A DNA stretch of 60,696 bases, counting the filler. It is 5 parts of 5 records of this genome, joined end to end, with 100 filler letters (N's around TTAATTAATTAA, not from the genome) between each part and the next. Parts side by side here need not be neighbours in the genome. Positions count along the whole stretch, not along the records: positions 33,285 to 45,348 come from SRR31156797_4075; positions 45,449 to 55,251 come from SRR31156797_4088; 3 more parts are not named here. One strand, 5' to 3'. Made by a program: the position numbers and the translations under genes. Each line of letters begins with the position of its first letter. Position 1 is the first letter of the stretch. Below are positions 39,469 through 48,262 of the stretch, piece by piece. The notes beneath the pieces are model-generated. The model was not told where the DNA came from. It saw only the letters and a list, made by a program, of their open reading frames with translations, and did not search any database.

Positions 39469-40542
39469 TTAGAAATTCGATGCAAGCTTACACAGCCCTT
39501 CAGCCTTTAACCTAGGAATACGACGAAAACCTGCACCGGTGTTTTTGTAAGCAACGTATTCATCAACATTATTGGTAGGACGAAGTTCTATTTTTTTACC
39601 ATTTTGTTCGAGGGTTGCGGTAGTCCCTTGCCATCTCCAATTTGGTGTTCGACTGCGTATAGTAGTAAGTATTGATGCGACATCAGCGACAGAATCAAGC
39701 CGTTTATTTATATCTGGGTGGCATATGGCCTTAATCGCGGTACGCGTAACAGGATTCAACCATTTAGGAAGAGATTTCAGATCAACAATCTTGCCAGTTT
39801 GAGATTTGTCCCTAATTATTTCGTCAACAAAGATACTTTGATCAACCGGGTCATCAATGGCTTCAAATTCCTTAATTTGCTTTTTGCTGAGATATGCCAT
39901 TCCGTCATAATGCAACCTTCCTCCCAATAGCTGATAGACAGCCAATCCTATCTGATATACATCCCCTTTTCTTGAATAGCGTCCAGTTTCAAAAGACTCA
40001 GGCGGTCTCCAAAGAATGCTATGCCTTGAAGCAACAACATCTTGATGCCCTTCCTTTATAGCTGTGACACTACCGAAATCAGCAATTCGTGGAGTACCGG
40101 ATAGCATTACGATATTTCCTGGTTTTAAATCTCTATGAAGCATTCCTGCAGCATGTATAGAGCTCACTCCAGAGCAAATACCTACAGCAATATCCAAGGC
40201 TGTATGGGCACTCGGTCTTGACTGAATAACATCGTCTAAATCACCCTCAAAACACCTTGGAGTCATAAAAAATGCCCATTCATCTGAAATCGATCTTGCT
40301 TCAAGTATTGGTAGGACATTGGGGCATGTTAATGCAGAAAGCTGTCGGGGTTCATCATGCCTGTTCTCACCGGGGTCTCCTGCATAGAATTTTATAGCAA
40401 CATCCATCTTGGAAACTTTATTTTTGGCAAATAAAAGATAACCGTTGGCTCCTCTATCATTTCTCTCAAAGTCCTGATAGTGGACTTCGAGATCGGTGAG
40501 TGCACTTGCGACTTCAAGTGGAAGGTCATCAATATCAATCAT
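39469..40542 (-). CDS. Hanks-type Ser/Thr protein kinase (cytoplasmic)
   Basis: RGANGY, VAIK, E of helix C, HRDLKPGN, DFG, RPPE, DVYQIG; no TM helix. ATGA overlap with upstream gene. Confidence 0.92.
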   Translation of the reverse strand: MIDIDDLPLEVASALTDLEVHYQDFERNDRGANGYLLFAKNKVSKMDVAIKFYAGDPGENRHDEPRQLSALTCPNVLPILEARSISDEWAFFMTPRCFEGDLDDVIQSRPSAHTALDIAVGICSGVSSIHAAGMLHRDLKPGNIVMLSGTPRIADFGSVTAIKEGHQDVVASRHSILWRPPESFETGRYSRKGDVYQIGLAVYQLLGGRLHYDGMAYLSKKQIKEFEAIDDPVDQSIFVDEIIRDKSQTGKIVDLKSLPKWLNPVTRTAIKAICHPDINKRLDSVADVASILTTIRSRTPNWRWQGTTATLEQNGKKIELRPTNNVDEYVAYKNTGAGFRRIPRLKAEGLCKLASNF

Positions 40543-40937
40543 GAAGCCAGCTCCAATGCCAAGATAGCAGATTTCAATGCAGGAATTTGGTATTTTTTCA
40601 TCCCATCCTCTGGTGCTTGACATGCATTTATTTTAGCACCAGATAGAAAGTGTACAGGACATGGGCTACAGGCCAAAGAGATACCCTCCATTTTCAAGGC
40701 GGCGGCACCAGCGCTCATTTTTCCTTTTTCTGGTTTTGCTTTAATCCCAATGACATTTGGAGCTGTTGAATTATAAACTGCCCTTAAAGCTGTTTGAAAC
40801 GCAATGAGAGCCTCTCGGTCTCTTGTGTCTGAAAGCTCGAGCCTATTACTCGACCGAACTAATAAATCGCCATTCAAATTCTCAACTAAGACATAGATCA
40901 ACTTGTTTGAGCTGAATTCAATTCCTAAAGCTTTCAC
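40539..40937 (-). CDS. DUF3010 family protein (RNase H/RuvC-like pattern)
   Basis: MKALGIE start, AFQ, IGIK..P.KGKMSAGAAALKMEG pattern; GTG start with AAGGAG RBS. Confidence 0.7.
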   Translation of the reverse strand: MKALGIEFSSNKLIYVLVENLNGDLLVRSSNRLELSDTRDREALIAFQTALRAVYNSTAPNVIGIKAKPEKGKMSAGAAALKMEGISLACSPCPVHFLSGAKINACQAPEDGMKKYQIPALKSAILALELAS

Positions 40938-40967
40938 AGATGTATTCTCCTTTCCATATAGTATGAT

Positions 40968-41017
40968 TTATAACCACCTAAATCACCGGCTCGCCCGGTG
41001 GATTTGAGTTGTTTAAA
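40968..41017 (-). repeat. attC-like imperfect palindrome
   Basis: Minus strand TTTAAAC-AACTC-AAATCCACCGG-GCGAG-CCGGTGATTT-AGGTG-GTTATAA: AAC/GTT ends, unpaired 5-nt spacers, one extrahelical C. Begins 7 nt after a stop codon. Confidence 0.45.
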
Positions 41018-41024
41018 ACAATGT

Positions 41025-44000
41025 CTATACCCCATGAGGATTGCGCATCGACTCACGTTCTGCATCCCTTTCATAACTTTCAGCAAATTCTCGCATAGCA
41101 GTTGCAAATCTGGAATAGCCTCTGGCTTCTAATGCCTCTGCTTTCTTGCGATTAATATTTGCAATTTTCCTTTCTTCCCTACCTGCGCTGAAACCATACG
41201 TTCCTCTCTGGTTAAAAAGGGCTGTAGTAAAACCAGATCTCATTATCTTTGCATCCTTGGCATTAAGTGATTCAGCAACAACATGATGAATCCATAATCC
41301 ATCTTCGTCTTTTGGTGCATATGTCAATACGTGACCAAGTTGGCTTAAAGCAATATCCAAATGGCCTGTTTTTTCTGCAATTCGCTTTGCCTCTGCCAGC
41401 CATGCAGAATAACCATTAGCATCAAATGAAGAATCAGGTAGTACTCCAGGAGTTATTTTCCATTCACTCAAAAGTTTATAAGCGTTCTCAGCTAACCGTG
41501 TTTGTTGTTCTGTCAGTTTGAATCCTTTTTTATCTTCATTTTTAGAACGAAATACTAAACTAATTACCTCGCAAAAAAAAGTCGGGTCTTTTGCAAGACG
41601 CGATTCAAGTGTCATTGGTTTTCCCCTTGAAAATTCGCCAAGCAAAGGAAGAAAATTCCATTCGATCGTAAAAAGTTCGTCAGCTTCTGTTGATGAACAT
41701 TTTTGAAGTTTAATTATTACTTCAATGATGGCATCTTGATCAAATTCTTTTTCCATAGTCTTGGAATTAATAATTCCGAAAAGGGCACGAGTAGCAAGCC
41801 CAGGATCAAACAATCCTTCATCATCAACAGATCGCCATATACATTGGACAGCGGCGCTTGGGCGATTATAATGAATTAATTTTTCAATTGCCTTTGTTAA
41901 ATCCCTGCGTTGCCCCCAGGGATTCACAAAGACATTTTCCCAATAAAAATTGTCCTCAGATTGGAGATGCTCTTCAACACGAGTCCAAACTTCAATTTCA
42001 AAAGGGAGTAATGTTAAAAAGGAGGCTTTTTGAGTAGTACTCCAACCTCTTGCCAATAATTCATCAACCCATGCCCAACTTAACTTCCAATATTTACCCA
42101 GTACAAATCCACTAAGAAAATTTTTTAAAATTTCATCTTTAGTTTGAAGGTACTTCGGAAGAAGTTCTGATTCAGTAGAGTTTGTTGCAATATTTCCAAG
42201 GGCAACACCTACTTGATTCGGTGAAGAAACCTTCTTCGCAAAATCTATAACTTTAGACACACCTCCAATATCAAAGATTTCCTGTATTGCTTTTTGACGA
42301 AGAGAATCAAAAATTTTCCTCTGTTCATCATAACTTCCGCTTTCTTCATACAAATCATGATCTCGCCCACTAAAAATAACTTGGTATCTTAGTTCCGGAG
42401 CTTTTGGTGCTAGTTCGTCAGCGGTTGCCTCAATTTTGGCAACAATTTTCTCAGGCATGGACCATTCTGCTTTAGCAAATCTTCTGTGTTTCCTCACCAA
42501 AGCTGTTAAAACTTCCCAAAGTGGCAAACGTTGAATTTCGGATAAAGATTTCACATCATTTGAGACGAGATGCTCAAGTAAATTTTCAAGAGCCTTTTTA
42601 GGTAAGTCAGAAATACGGCTGATTAGCTCTTTGAGTTTATCCGTATTAGATTTTGCAAGTCTAATTGCCATATCAGTGTAGATGTTTATTTGTTCCCAAT
42701 ATTCTTGGTGTGTAACGTTATCTTTCCAATCGTTAGAAATAAAATTACGCCAAGTTGGTCTATGACAACCGGAAGTAGTGCTATGACTATGAGGTAGTAG
42801 GGCAAGCAATAGTTTCCAGCCTACATCTGGCTGTTCATTTAAAAGGGTTCTGACCGCTATCTTTCTTTTTTCAATTTGAGCACAAGTTTGTGGGTGCCAT
42901 GGCAAAAGGATATCAGCCAAAGAATTTGATGGCCGGTTCGACCATTGTCCACCGGGATCGATAGAGGCAAGGTCTCCAAGAATGACTATCGTTCTTGTTA
43001 AAAAGTCAGGATGCCATGCTAAAGTTTCTAATGCCCAAAGTAAACCACTCGTATAAGTCCTTCCCCCTATAACACCACCGCCTTCTTGGGAAAAGACTTT
43101 ATGAAAAGGACTTTCTTCCAATTTTTCTAAAGCTAACTCTACAGAATCAAGAAATTCATCTGGAGAAGCTTCTGCAAGCAAAGGAAGTAGATGATCTAAG
43201 CTTGCCCACCTTTCCCAGTCAGCATTTTCGAGTAGCTTCCTAACAATCAATAAGGCCGTTGTATTAGCCTTACCTGTAGTGCAGGATGATAGTGCCTTAG
43301 GCCGACTTCCTACCAAAGCCAAGGTTTCAGCAATTCCTGATCTGAGTAACGATGAATGATTGCATTTTTTTCCGTGAATGTTTGCTGCATATCGTTCTTC
43401 TTTAGGGAGATCAAATTGAGGATCTCGTTCCCCCAAAACTTGTATGGATACTTCGTATAGGTTATCTAAATCGTTATCATTAAGGTGTGGCCCCAAAGCG
43501 CTCCAAGCTTCTCCCCGGGCTATCATTCTCCATTTCTCATCTTGTTGGATAAGGGGAGTGTCCGAGCGCAATACATCTGGTCTTACAATCTCAATCCACT
43601 CCCCATATTCTTTTCCCAACAAATTCTCCAAGGTACTTTGGTCAAATTTGTTTTTACCATCCCATTTTCCAATCAATCCAGCTTGTGCAAGCTGACGAGC
43701 ATTATCCCAAGTAGCATATGGTGGTAGGCTTCCAAGCCCCAAGAGATGTCTTCTCAGTGCTGACAACCGGTCAGCTCCTATATTTGCCAATTCCCTGGCA
43801 CGAACTGTAGAGTAATCAGCGTCCTTCAAAGCAGATTCGAGCTGAGACCTTGAGGGACTCCTGAGTTTAACAAATTGAGGATTTTCTCCAGACCATGCAC
43901 CACAAATTGGTATTATGACAGCATGTCCTTTTCTTGTGGCTAAGGTTTGGAGATCTGCTTTTTCCGAATCAAGTCCCAAATGAGGATCCGCCACTAAAAC

Positions 44001-44834
44001 ATGTGATTTCCTGGTCTCAATTACAGAATGCCATGCGTCTTCTTCATTAACGAATAGACAACGGTTACTATAGGAACGTGAAGCTTCATCTTCAAGAGAA
44101 GCCAAATAACCAGCGACAAAGTCTTCCACATCCTTCGGACTTTCAGAAAATAGAAGCAATCTTTGCTCCTGCTCCTCGAAAAGACCTTGCAATGCTGTAA
44201 CCGCATGATCTCTACCTAAAATAAAAATTCGTGGTGGAAGTGGGGGATCTCCTGAAACAATTTGAGCTTGGATCGTTTCCCAATGTTCTGCCGGTGTAGT
44301 AAGCCCGCTTAAGCTTTTAGAAATATTTATTTTTTTTGCCATCCATCGTCCGAGAGCAGGAAATTCTCTTAGCCAGTCAGCAATTTTTACACCATCGATA
44401 ATTCTAATAATTCCCCAGCCAGCATCCTTCCTCCGTTTTAACCATTGAGCTTGTTTCGGCTCGTTCCAGCCTTCCGAACCACTGGATCTAGGTGTCACAA
44501 AGATAAATGCGGATTTAGCTCTTTCATCGTCAGAAATTCTTTTGGTTCGCTTCCGAAATTCTAAAGTTGCTTTCTTTTGAGGATTATTACCAGTTCCAAT
44601 TTCCCAGTAAGAAGTTCCTTTCGGAACAAACTCTAAAAATGAGTCTTCTGTTTCCACGAGTCCGTCCATCCCTGGTTGATTAACAGCATCCCCATATGGG
44701 ATACGGCAAACAGATAATTTCGAAACTGACTGTTTCACCAACCAGTATACTAACTCAGGGATCACCCCCTGACTATCTCGTCGATTGGCATACTCTTCAA
44801 GGTTAGCCGTAGTTATTATGAGGGTATGGTCCAT
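41025..44834 (-). CDS. Large uncharacterised protein: N-terminal restriction-endonuclease-like domain, degenerate STAND-like region, long helical C-terminus
   Basis: About 1270 aa; PGMDGLV..YWEIG..KKA N-terminal motif; FILGRD then degenerate P-loop-like segment; LLWALE.LAW, W.PQT, FNQRG motifs. ATG at 44834 after GGAG. Confidence 0.7.
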   Translation of the reverse strand: MDHTLIITTANLEEYANRRDSQGVIPELVYWLVKQSVSKLSVCRIPYGDAVNQPGMDGLVETEDSFLEFVPKGTSYWEIGTGNNPQKKATLEFRKRTKRISDDERAKSAFIFVTPRSSGSEGWNEPKQAQWLKRRKDAGWGIIRIIDGVKIADWLREFPALGRWMAKKINISKSLSGLTTPAEHWETIQAQIVSGDPPLPPRIFILGRDHAVTALQGLFEEQEQRLLLFSESPKDVEDFVAGYLASLEDEASRSYSNRCLFVNEEDAWHSVIETRKSHVLVADPHLGLDSEKADLQTLATRKGHAVIIPICGAWSGENPQFVKLRSPSRSQLESALKDADYSTVRARELANIGADRLSALRRHLLGLGSLPPYATWDNARQLAQAGLIGKWDGKNKFDQSTLENLLGKEYGEWIEIVRPDVLRSDTPLIQQDEKWRMIARGEAWSALGPHLNDNDLDNLYEVSIQVLGERDPQFDLPKEERYAANIHGKKCNHSSLLRSGIAETLALVGSRPKALSSCTTGKANTTALLIVRKLLENADWERWASLDHLLPLLAEASPDEFLDSVELALEKLEESPFHKVFSQEGGGVIGGRTYTSGLLWALETLAWHPDFLTRTIVILGDLASIDPGGQWSNRPSNSLADILLPWHPQTCAQIEKRKIAVRTLLNEQPDVGWKLLLALLPHSHSTTSGCHRPTWRNFISNDWKDNVTHQEYWEQINIYTDMAIRLAKSNTDKLKELISRISDLPKKALENLLEHLVSNDVKSLSEIQRLPLWEVLTALVRKHRRFAKAEWSMPEKIVAKIEATADELAPKAPELRYQVIFSGRDHDLYEESGSYDEQRKIFDSLRQKAIQEIFDIGGVSKVIDFAKKVSSPNQVGVALGNIATNSTESELLPKYLQTKDEILKNFLSGFVLGKYWKLSWAWVDELLARGWSTTQKASFLTLLPFEIEVWTRVEEHLQSEDNFYWENVFVNPWGQRRDLTKAIEKLIHYNRPSAAVQCIWRSVDDEGLFDPGLATRALFGIINSKTMEKEFDQDAIIEVIIKLQKCSSTEADELFTIEWNFLPLLGEFSRGKPMTLESRLAKDPTFFCEVISLVFRSKNEDKKGFKLTEQQTRLAENAYKLLSEWKITPGVLPDSSFDANGYSAWLAEAKRIAEKTGHLDIALSQLGHVLTYAPKDEDGLWIHHVVAESLNAKDAKIMRSGFTTALFNQRGTYGFSAGREERKIANINRKKAEALEARGYSRFATAMREFAESYERDAERESMRNPHGV

Positions 44835-44978
44835 AAATTCATTCTCCAATAAATTGAACTCTTTTTATTTAAAGCGACAATCGCGACTTTGCAGGCAGCA
44901 AACGAGGTGTATTTGGATTTGTTGGAATTTAAATTACAAAATATCAAGGTATGGTACCATCTCCCACACATTATAAAA

Positions 44979-45296
44979 CTAATTAAAAGTTGTTTTTCTG
45001 TTATGCTCGATTGCATCAGGTTCATTTACTAAGGCAAGAAATTCTTCGAGAAGAACTTTTGTAGCTATTTTATAGTTTTCACCGTCTATTTGATCCAGCT
45101 GATTCTTTATTGAATTTAGAAATGCTCTTCCGTCGATAACTTTTGATTTAGCTAACGCAATTACCAAGTTACCAAGAATGACTCTTGTGGCAAAACCAGA
45201 GTCTCTTTCAATGGTGGCGATATCTTCAAGCTTGTGCAGCCATTTTTCTGCCTCTTCAAGGGAAAATGGAGGAAAATCATCTTTTTCTTTGTCCAT
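44979..45296 (-). CDS. Hypothetical protein
   Basis: 105-aa ORF with AAGGAG RBS; no recognised motif. Confidence 0.6.
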   Translation of the reverse strand: MDKEKDDFPPFSLEEAEKWLHKLEDIATIERDSGFATRVILGNLVIALAKSKVIDGRAFLNSIKNQLDQIDGENYKIATKVLLEEFLALVNEPDAIEHNRKTTFN

Positions 45297-45348
45297 TGAT
45301 AGCTCCTTTATCTTGAGAGTGAACAAGTAATTGACCGGACCCGTATAG

Positions 45349-45448
45349 NNNNNNNNNNNNNNNNNNNNNNNNNNNNNNNNNNNNNNNNNNNNTTAATTAA
45401 TTAANNNNNNNNNNNNNNNNNNNNNNNNNNNNNNNNNNNNNNNNNNNN
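45349..45448. other. Artificial contig linker
   Basis: N44-TTAATTAATTAA-N44. Confidence 0.99.
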
Positions 45449-45535
45449 TATCAAAAAGAAACTAAAATTTATATAATACAGTATTCTAATTTTGTTATAA
45501 CAAATTACAGTTTTATTAATATGGAGATGATATAA

Positions 45536-46078
45536 ATGAATAAAAAAAATATAGAGATTAGGAATTTAGTTTCAAAAGATTTCTCAGCAAATATGTTAGA
45601 TGACTTCGACAGATATCAGGAAGTAAAGAAAGTATATAGAGTGGAGAATGGTAATGAAGTAATTAAGGATACAACCTTTATAGATAATTGGGATGAATCG
45701 GAGATAAAATACGTAATCAATCTAATAAAGAGTGAGTATGGTAATGGCGGAGTTGCAATAGGAGTATTTGATGATGAAAAACTAATTGGTTTCGCATTAC
45801 TTGCAAGTTATTTAATCGGTGAAAATAAAGAGTACGTTCAGTTATTAGAATTTCATATATCTAAAAATTATAGAAGTATGGGACTGGGTAAAAAGTTATT
45901 CAATAAATGTATAGAGGAAACTAAAAAATTAGGAGCCTCAAAGCTCTACATATCTTCTCATTCATCAATATCAACAGTTAAATTTTATAGAGATAATGAT
46001 TGTGTAAGTGCTAAGTGGTTATATGAGAAACAAGTTGAACTAGAGCCTTGTGATGTTCAATTGGAATATAGGATTTAG
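45536..46078 (+). CDS. GNAT family N-acetyltransferase
   Basis: FHISKNYRSMGLGKKLF (motif A), KLYISS, FY; GGAG RBS. Confidence 0.9.
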   Translation: MNKKNIEIRNLVSKDFSANMLDDFDRYQEVKKVYRVENGNEVIKDTTFIDNWDESEIKYVINLIKSEYGNGGVAIGVFDDEKLIGFALLASYLIGENKEYVQLLEFHISKNYRSMGLGKKLFNKCIEETKKLGASKLYISSHSSISTVKFYRDNDCVSAKWLYEKQVELEPCDVQLEYRI

Positions 46079-46104
46079 AAAAGGATAAGGAATGAGGTGC
46101 TTAA

Positions 46105-46593
46105 ATGAACTACGAGTTTAGAAAGCTAAACGCTGATGATTCAAAAGGTTATAGAAAGATTAGACTGGAAGCATTAAAGAAGTATCCGAGGTTTTATGGT
46201 TCAAATTACAGTGATCAGATTAAATTACCTAAATTGTTCTTTGAAAGATTACTGGAGGAAGACTCAGGTAAAGGGATGATGATAGGAGCTTTTACAGGTG
46301 ATGAACTAATAGGAATCTGTGGCATCATTTTTGATGATATGATGTATCCTGAGTTTGGTGAAATAGTACAGTTTTATGTAAATGAAGCTCATCAAAACAG
46401 GGGGCTGGGGAAAAAATTACTCGAAGAAACTATAGAACAGAGTAAAGACACAGGGATTATCAGGGTAAATTTAGAAGTACAAAAAAATAACGCCCCTGCA
46501 ATAAAATTATATGAAAAATTGGGATTTAAACTCGATAGGGATAAAGATAAAATAAGCAGTAAAGGTTTGCAATTCATGATGTTAAGTGTTTAG
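46105..46593 (+). CDS. GNAT family N-acetyltransferase
   Basis: FYV..HQNRGLGKKLL, N.PAIKLYEKLGF. Confidence 0.92.
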   Translation: MNYEFRKLNADDSKGYRKIRLEALKKYPRFYGSNYSDQIKLPKLFFERLLEEDSGKGMMIGAFTGDELIGICGIIFDDMMYPEFGEIVQFYVNEAHQNRGLGKKLLEETIEQSKDTGIIRVNLEVQKNNAPAIKLYEKLGFKLDRDKDKISSKGLQFMMLSV

Positions 46594-46624
46594 GTAAAGC
46601 TAAAAAATTAAGTAATAAAAAACG

Positions 46625-46660
46625 AAATCTTAGTGGAATAAAATATTTCACTAAGATTTT
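46625..46660. terminator. Bidirectional terminator-like hairpin between convergent genes
   Basis: AAATCTTAGTGGAATA-AAA-TATTTCACTAAGATTT. Confidence 0.6.
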
Positions 46661-47129
46661 ATTTTTTTGAATGATTATTTGAACGTTTATTTTTAGATAC
46701 TTTCTTATCCCTTCTATAGGTGATAACGAAATATAAATTGATAAAAATACTAATTCCCATAAAAACTGCTACCGGTTGCCATGGAAGCTTTTGCCTGGCG
46801 ATCTCAATACTTTTAGTATTAGGTGAGTATAGGATTTTTACTGAATTACCAATTTTGAATTTTGTTTTAAATCCAATATCATAATAGCCTTTCCGCAGCT
46901 CTCCTGATTCATCAGAGTATCTAAATACATATTGATAATCATGAAGCGGATCAATTTGACCGGGAGAATTTGTATCAAAAGTATGAATTGCAATAAGTGT
47001 CCCCATTGCTTGATTACCGTTATAATACCAGAATAAATTATAGACGATATAGATAGAACTAAATATTATCCCAATAATGATCGGTATAAAAAAAGCCCAA
47101 AGCGGGTCTTTAACTTCTTTTTTTGACAT
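46659..47129 (-). CDS. Two-TM membrane protein (DUF3592-like architecture)
   Basis: TM - beta-rich loop (A.GT..Y...Y..G..VKILYSPN) - TM. Confidence 0.6.
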   Translation of the reverse strand: MSKKEVKDPLWAFFIPIIIGIIFSSIYIVYNLFWYYNGNQAMGTLIAIHTFDTNSPGQIDPLHDYQYVFRYSDESGELRKGYYDIGFKTKFKIGNSVKILYSPNTKSIEIARQKLPWQPVAVFMGISIFINLYFVITYRRDKKVSKNKRSNNHSKK

Positions 47130-47342
47130 AAGGGGCACTCCTTTTTAATTATCTTTATTAAAAGTATAGCATCAATTGATGATTGGGTAAAATAAATTTG
47201 CACTTATAGATTGGAAGTTTATGAATAGTGTCAGCTTGACTCCTTCACACTGAGATGCTATAATTAGATATAAAATGAATGATAGATCAAAATTAGATTA
47301 ATTTTATATATGTTTATAATTTTGATTGAAGGGGGAATTATT

Positions 47343-47819
47343 ATGTTAGATAAATCGTTGATGTCTTCAATTTTATCCAATGCTCATGTTAGTGAGCCAA
47401 GTGATTCAATAAAGAAGATAGTAAAATCAATATCAGAAAAAACTGAAATTACATTCTTTGAACATCCAAGGGTTCAGAGGTCGTTTTATTATGATTCCAA
47501 TATCTATATAAATATAAGATTAACGTTTTGGAAGAATCATGATGATTTGATGAAAACAAATAATCCATCAGAAATTATAGCACTGAGGATATTACATGAG
47601 TTAGGGCATATAGTAAATGAGCATGAGGAAAATATAGTGATTATAGACGGAAATGTTAATCAGTTAGTATCAGATCACCAACTGAAAAGGCAAACACAGG
47701 ACGCTTGGGATTGGGCAATTATGACACAAAATACTCAAGGTGAAATCTATGATGAGTTAGCAAAAGCTTGTCAGGAATTTGAAGAGAGTTATGAATATGT
47801 TAATGTGAAGAACTGGTAA
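47343..47819 (+). CDS. Small HExxH protein (putative zincin-like metallopeptidase)
   Basis: ILHELGH motif; GGGGG RBS before ATG 47343. Confidence 0.6.
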   Translation: MLDKSLMSSILSNAHVSEPSDSIKKIVKSISEKTEITFFEHPRVQRSFYYDSNIYINIRLTFWKNHDDLMKTNNPSEIIALRILHELGHIVNEHEENIVIIDGNVNQLVSDHQLKRQTQDAWDWAIMTQNTQGEIYDELAKACQEFEESYEYVNVKNW

Positions 47820-47833
47820 TAAGAGGTGAACTT

Positions 47834-47998
47834 ATGATTACGGAAAAGTATAAGTGTGAGCACTGCGGTTATGTATATGTCTATATGAAATATGATAATG
47901 GAAATGAGCTGAATAAAGAGTTTTCTGAGCTTGATGAGAATTGGGCATGCCCAACTTGTGGTTTGAGTAAGGAGCACTTTAATAAACTTGAAGCTTAA
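47834..47998 (+). CDS. Rubredoxin (not in ORF track, 54 aa)
   Basis: MITEKYKCEHCGYVY..FSELDENWACPTCGLSKEHF: both rubredoxin knuckles; GAGGTG RBS. Confidence 0.9.
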   Translation: MITEKYKCEHCGYVYVYMKYDNGNELNKEFSELDENWACPTCGLSKEHFNKLEA

Positions 47999-48016
47999 TA
48001 CTGTAATAAAATAAAT

Positions 48017-48118
48017 GTAGGAGCAGGGGTCTTCTGCCCAAAACCTGCAATATAGATTAAAAATATATTTATTATGTTATGTCTCCAATAAAATGGGGCA
48101 GAAAAATCCTGCCCCTAC
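48017..48118. repeat. REPIN copy 1 (inverted pair of GTAG-type REPs)
   Basis: GTAGGAGCAGGGGTCTTCTGCCC ... GGGCAGAAAAATCCTGCCCCTAC, with a spacer shared with copy 2. Confidence 0.9.
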
Positions 48119-48148
48119 AAAAAAATAAATCAATATCATTAAATTATT

Positions 48149-48190
48149 AAAAGTCATTTGAAATGAAAAAACTTTCAAATGACTTTTTTT
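48149..48190 (+). terminator. Intrinsic terminator
   Basis: AAAAGTCATTTGAAA / TTTCAAATGACTTTT stem followed by a T run. Confidence 0.7.
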
Positions 48191-48262
48191 GTTGAATTAT
48201 GATAAAATATAATTTGAAAAAGACGGGGTAATAAAAATATTAATTACTTTAAGAGGTGAAGT

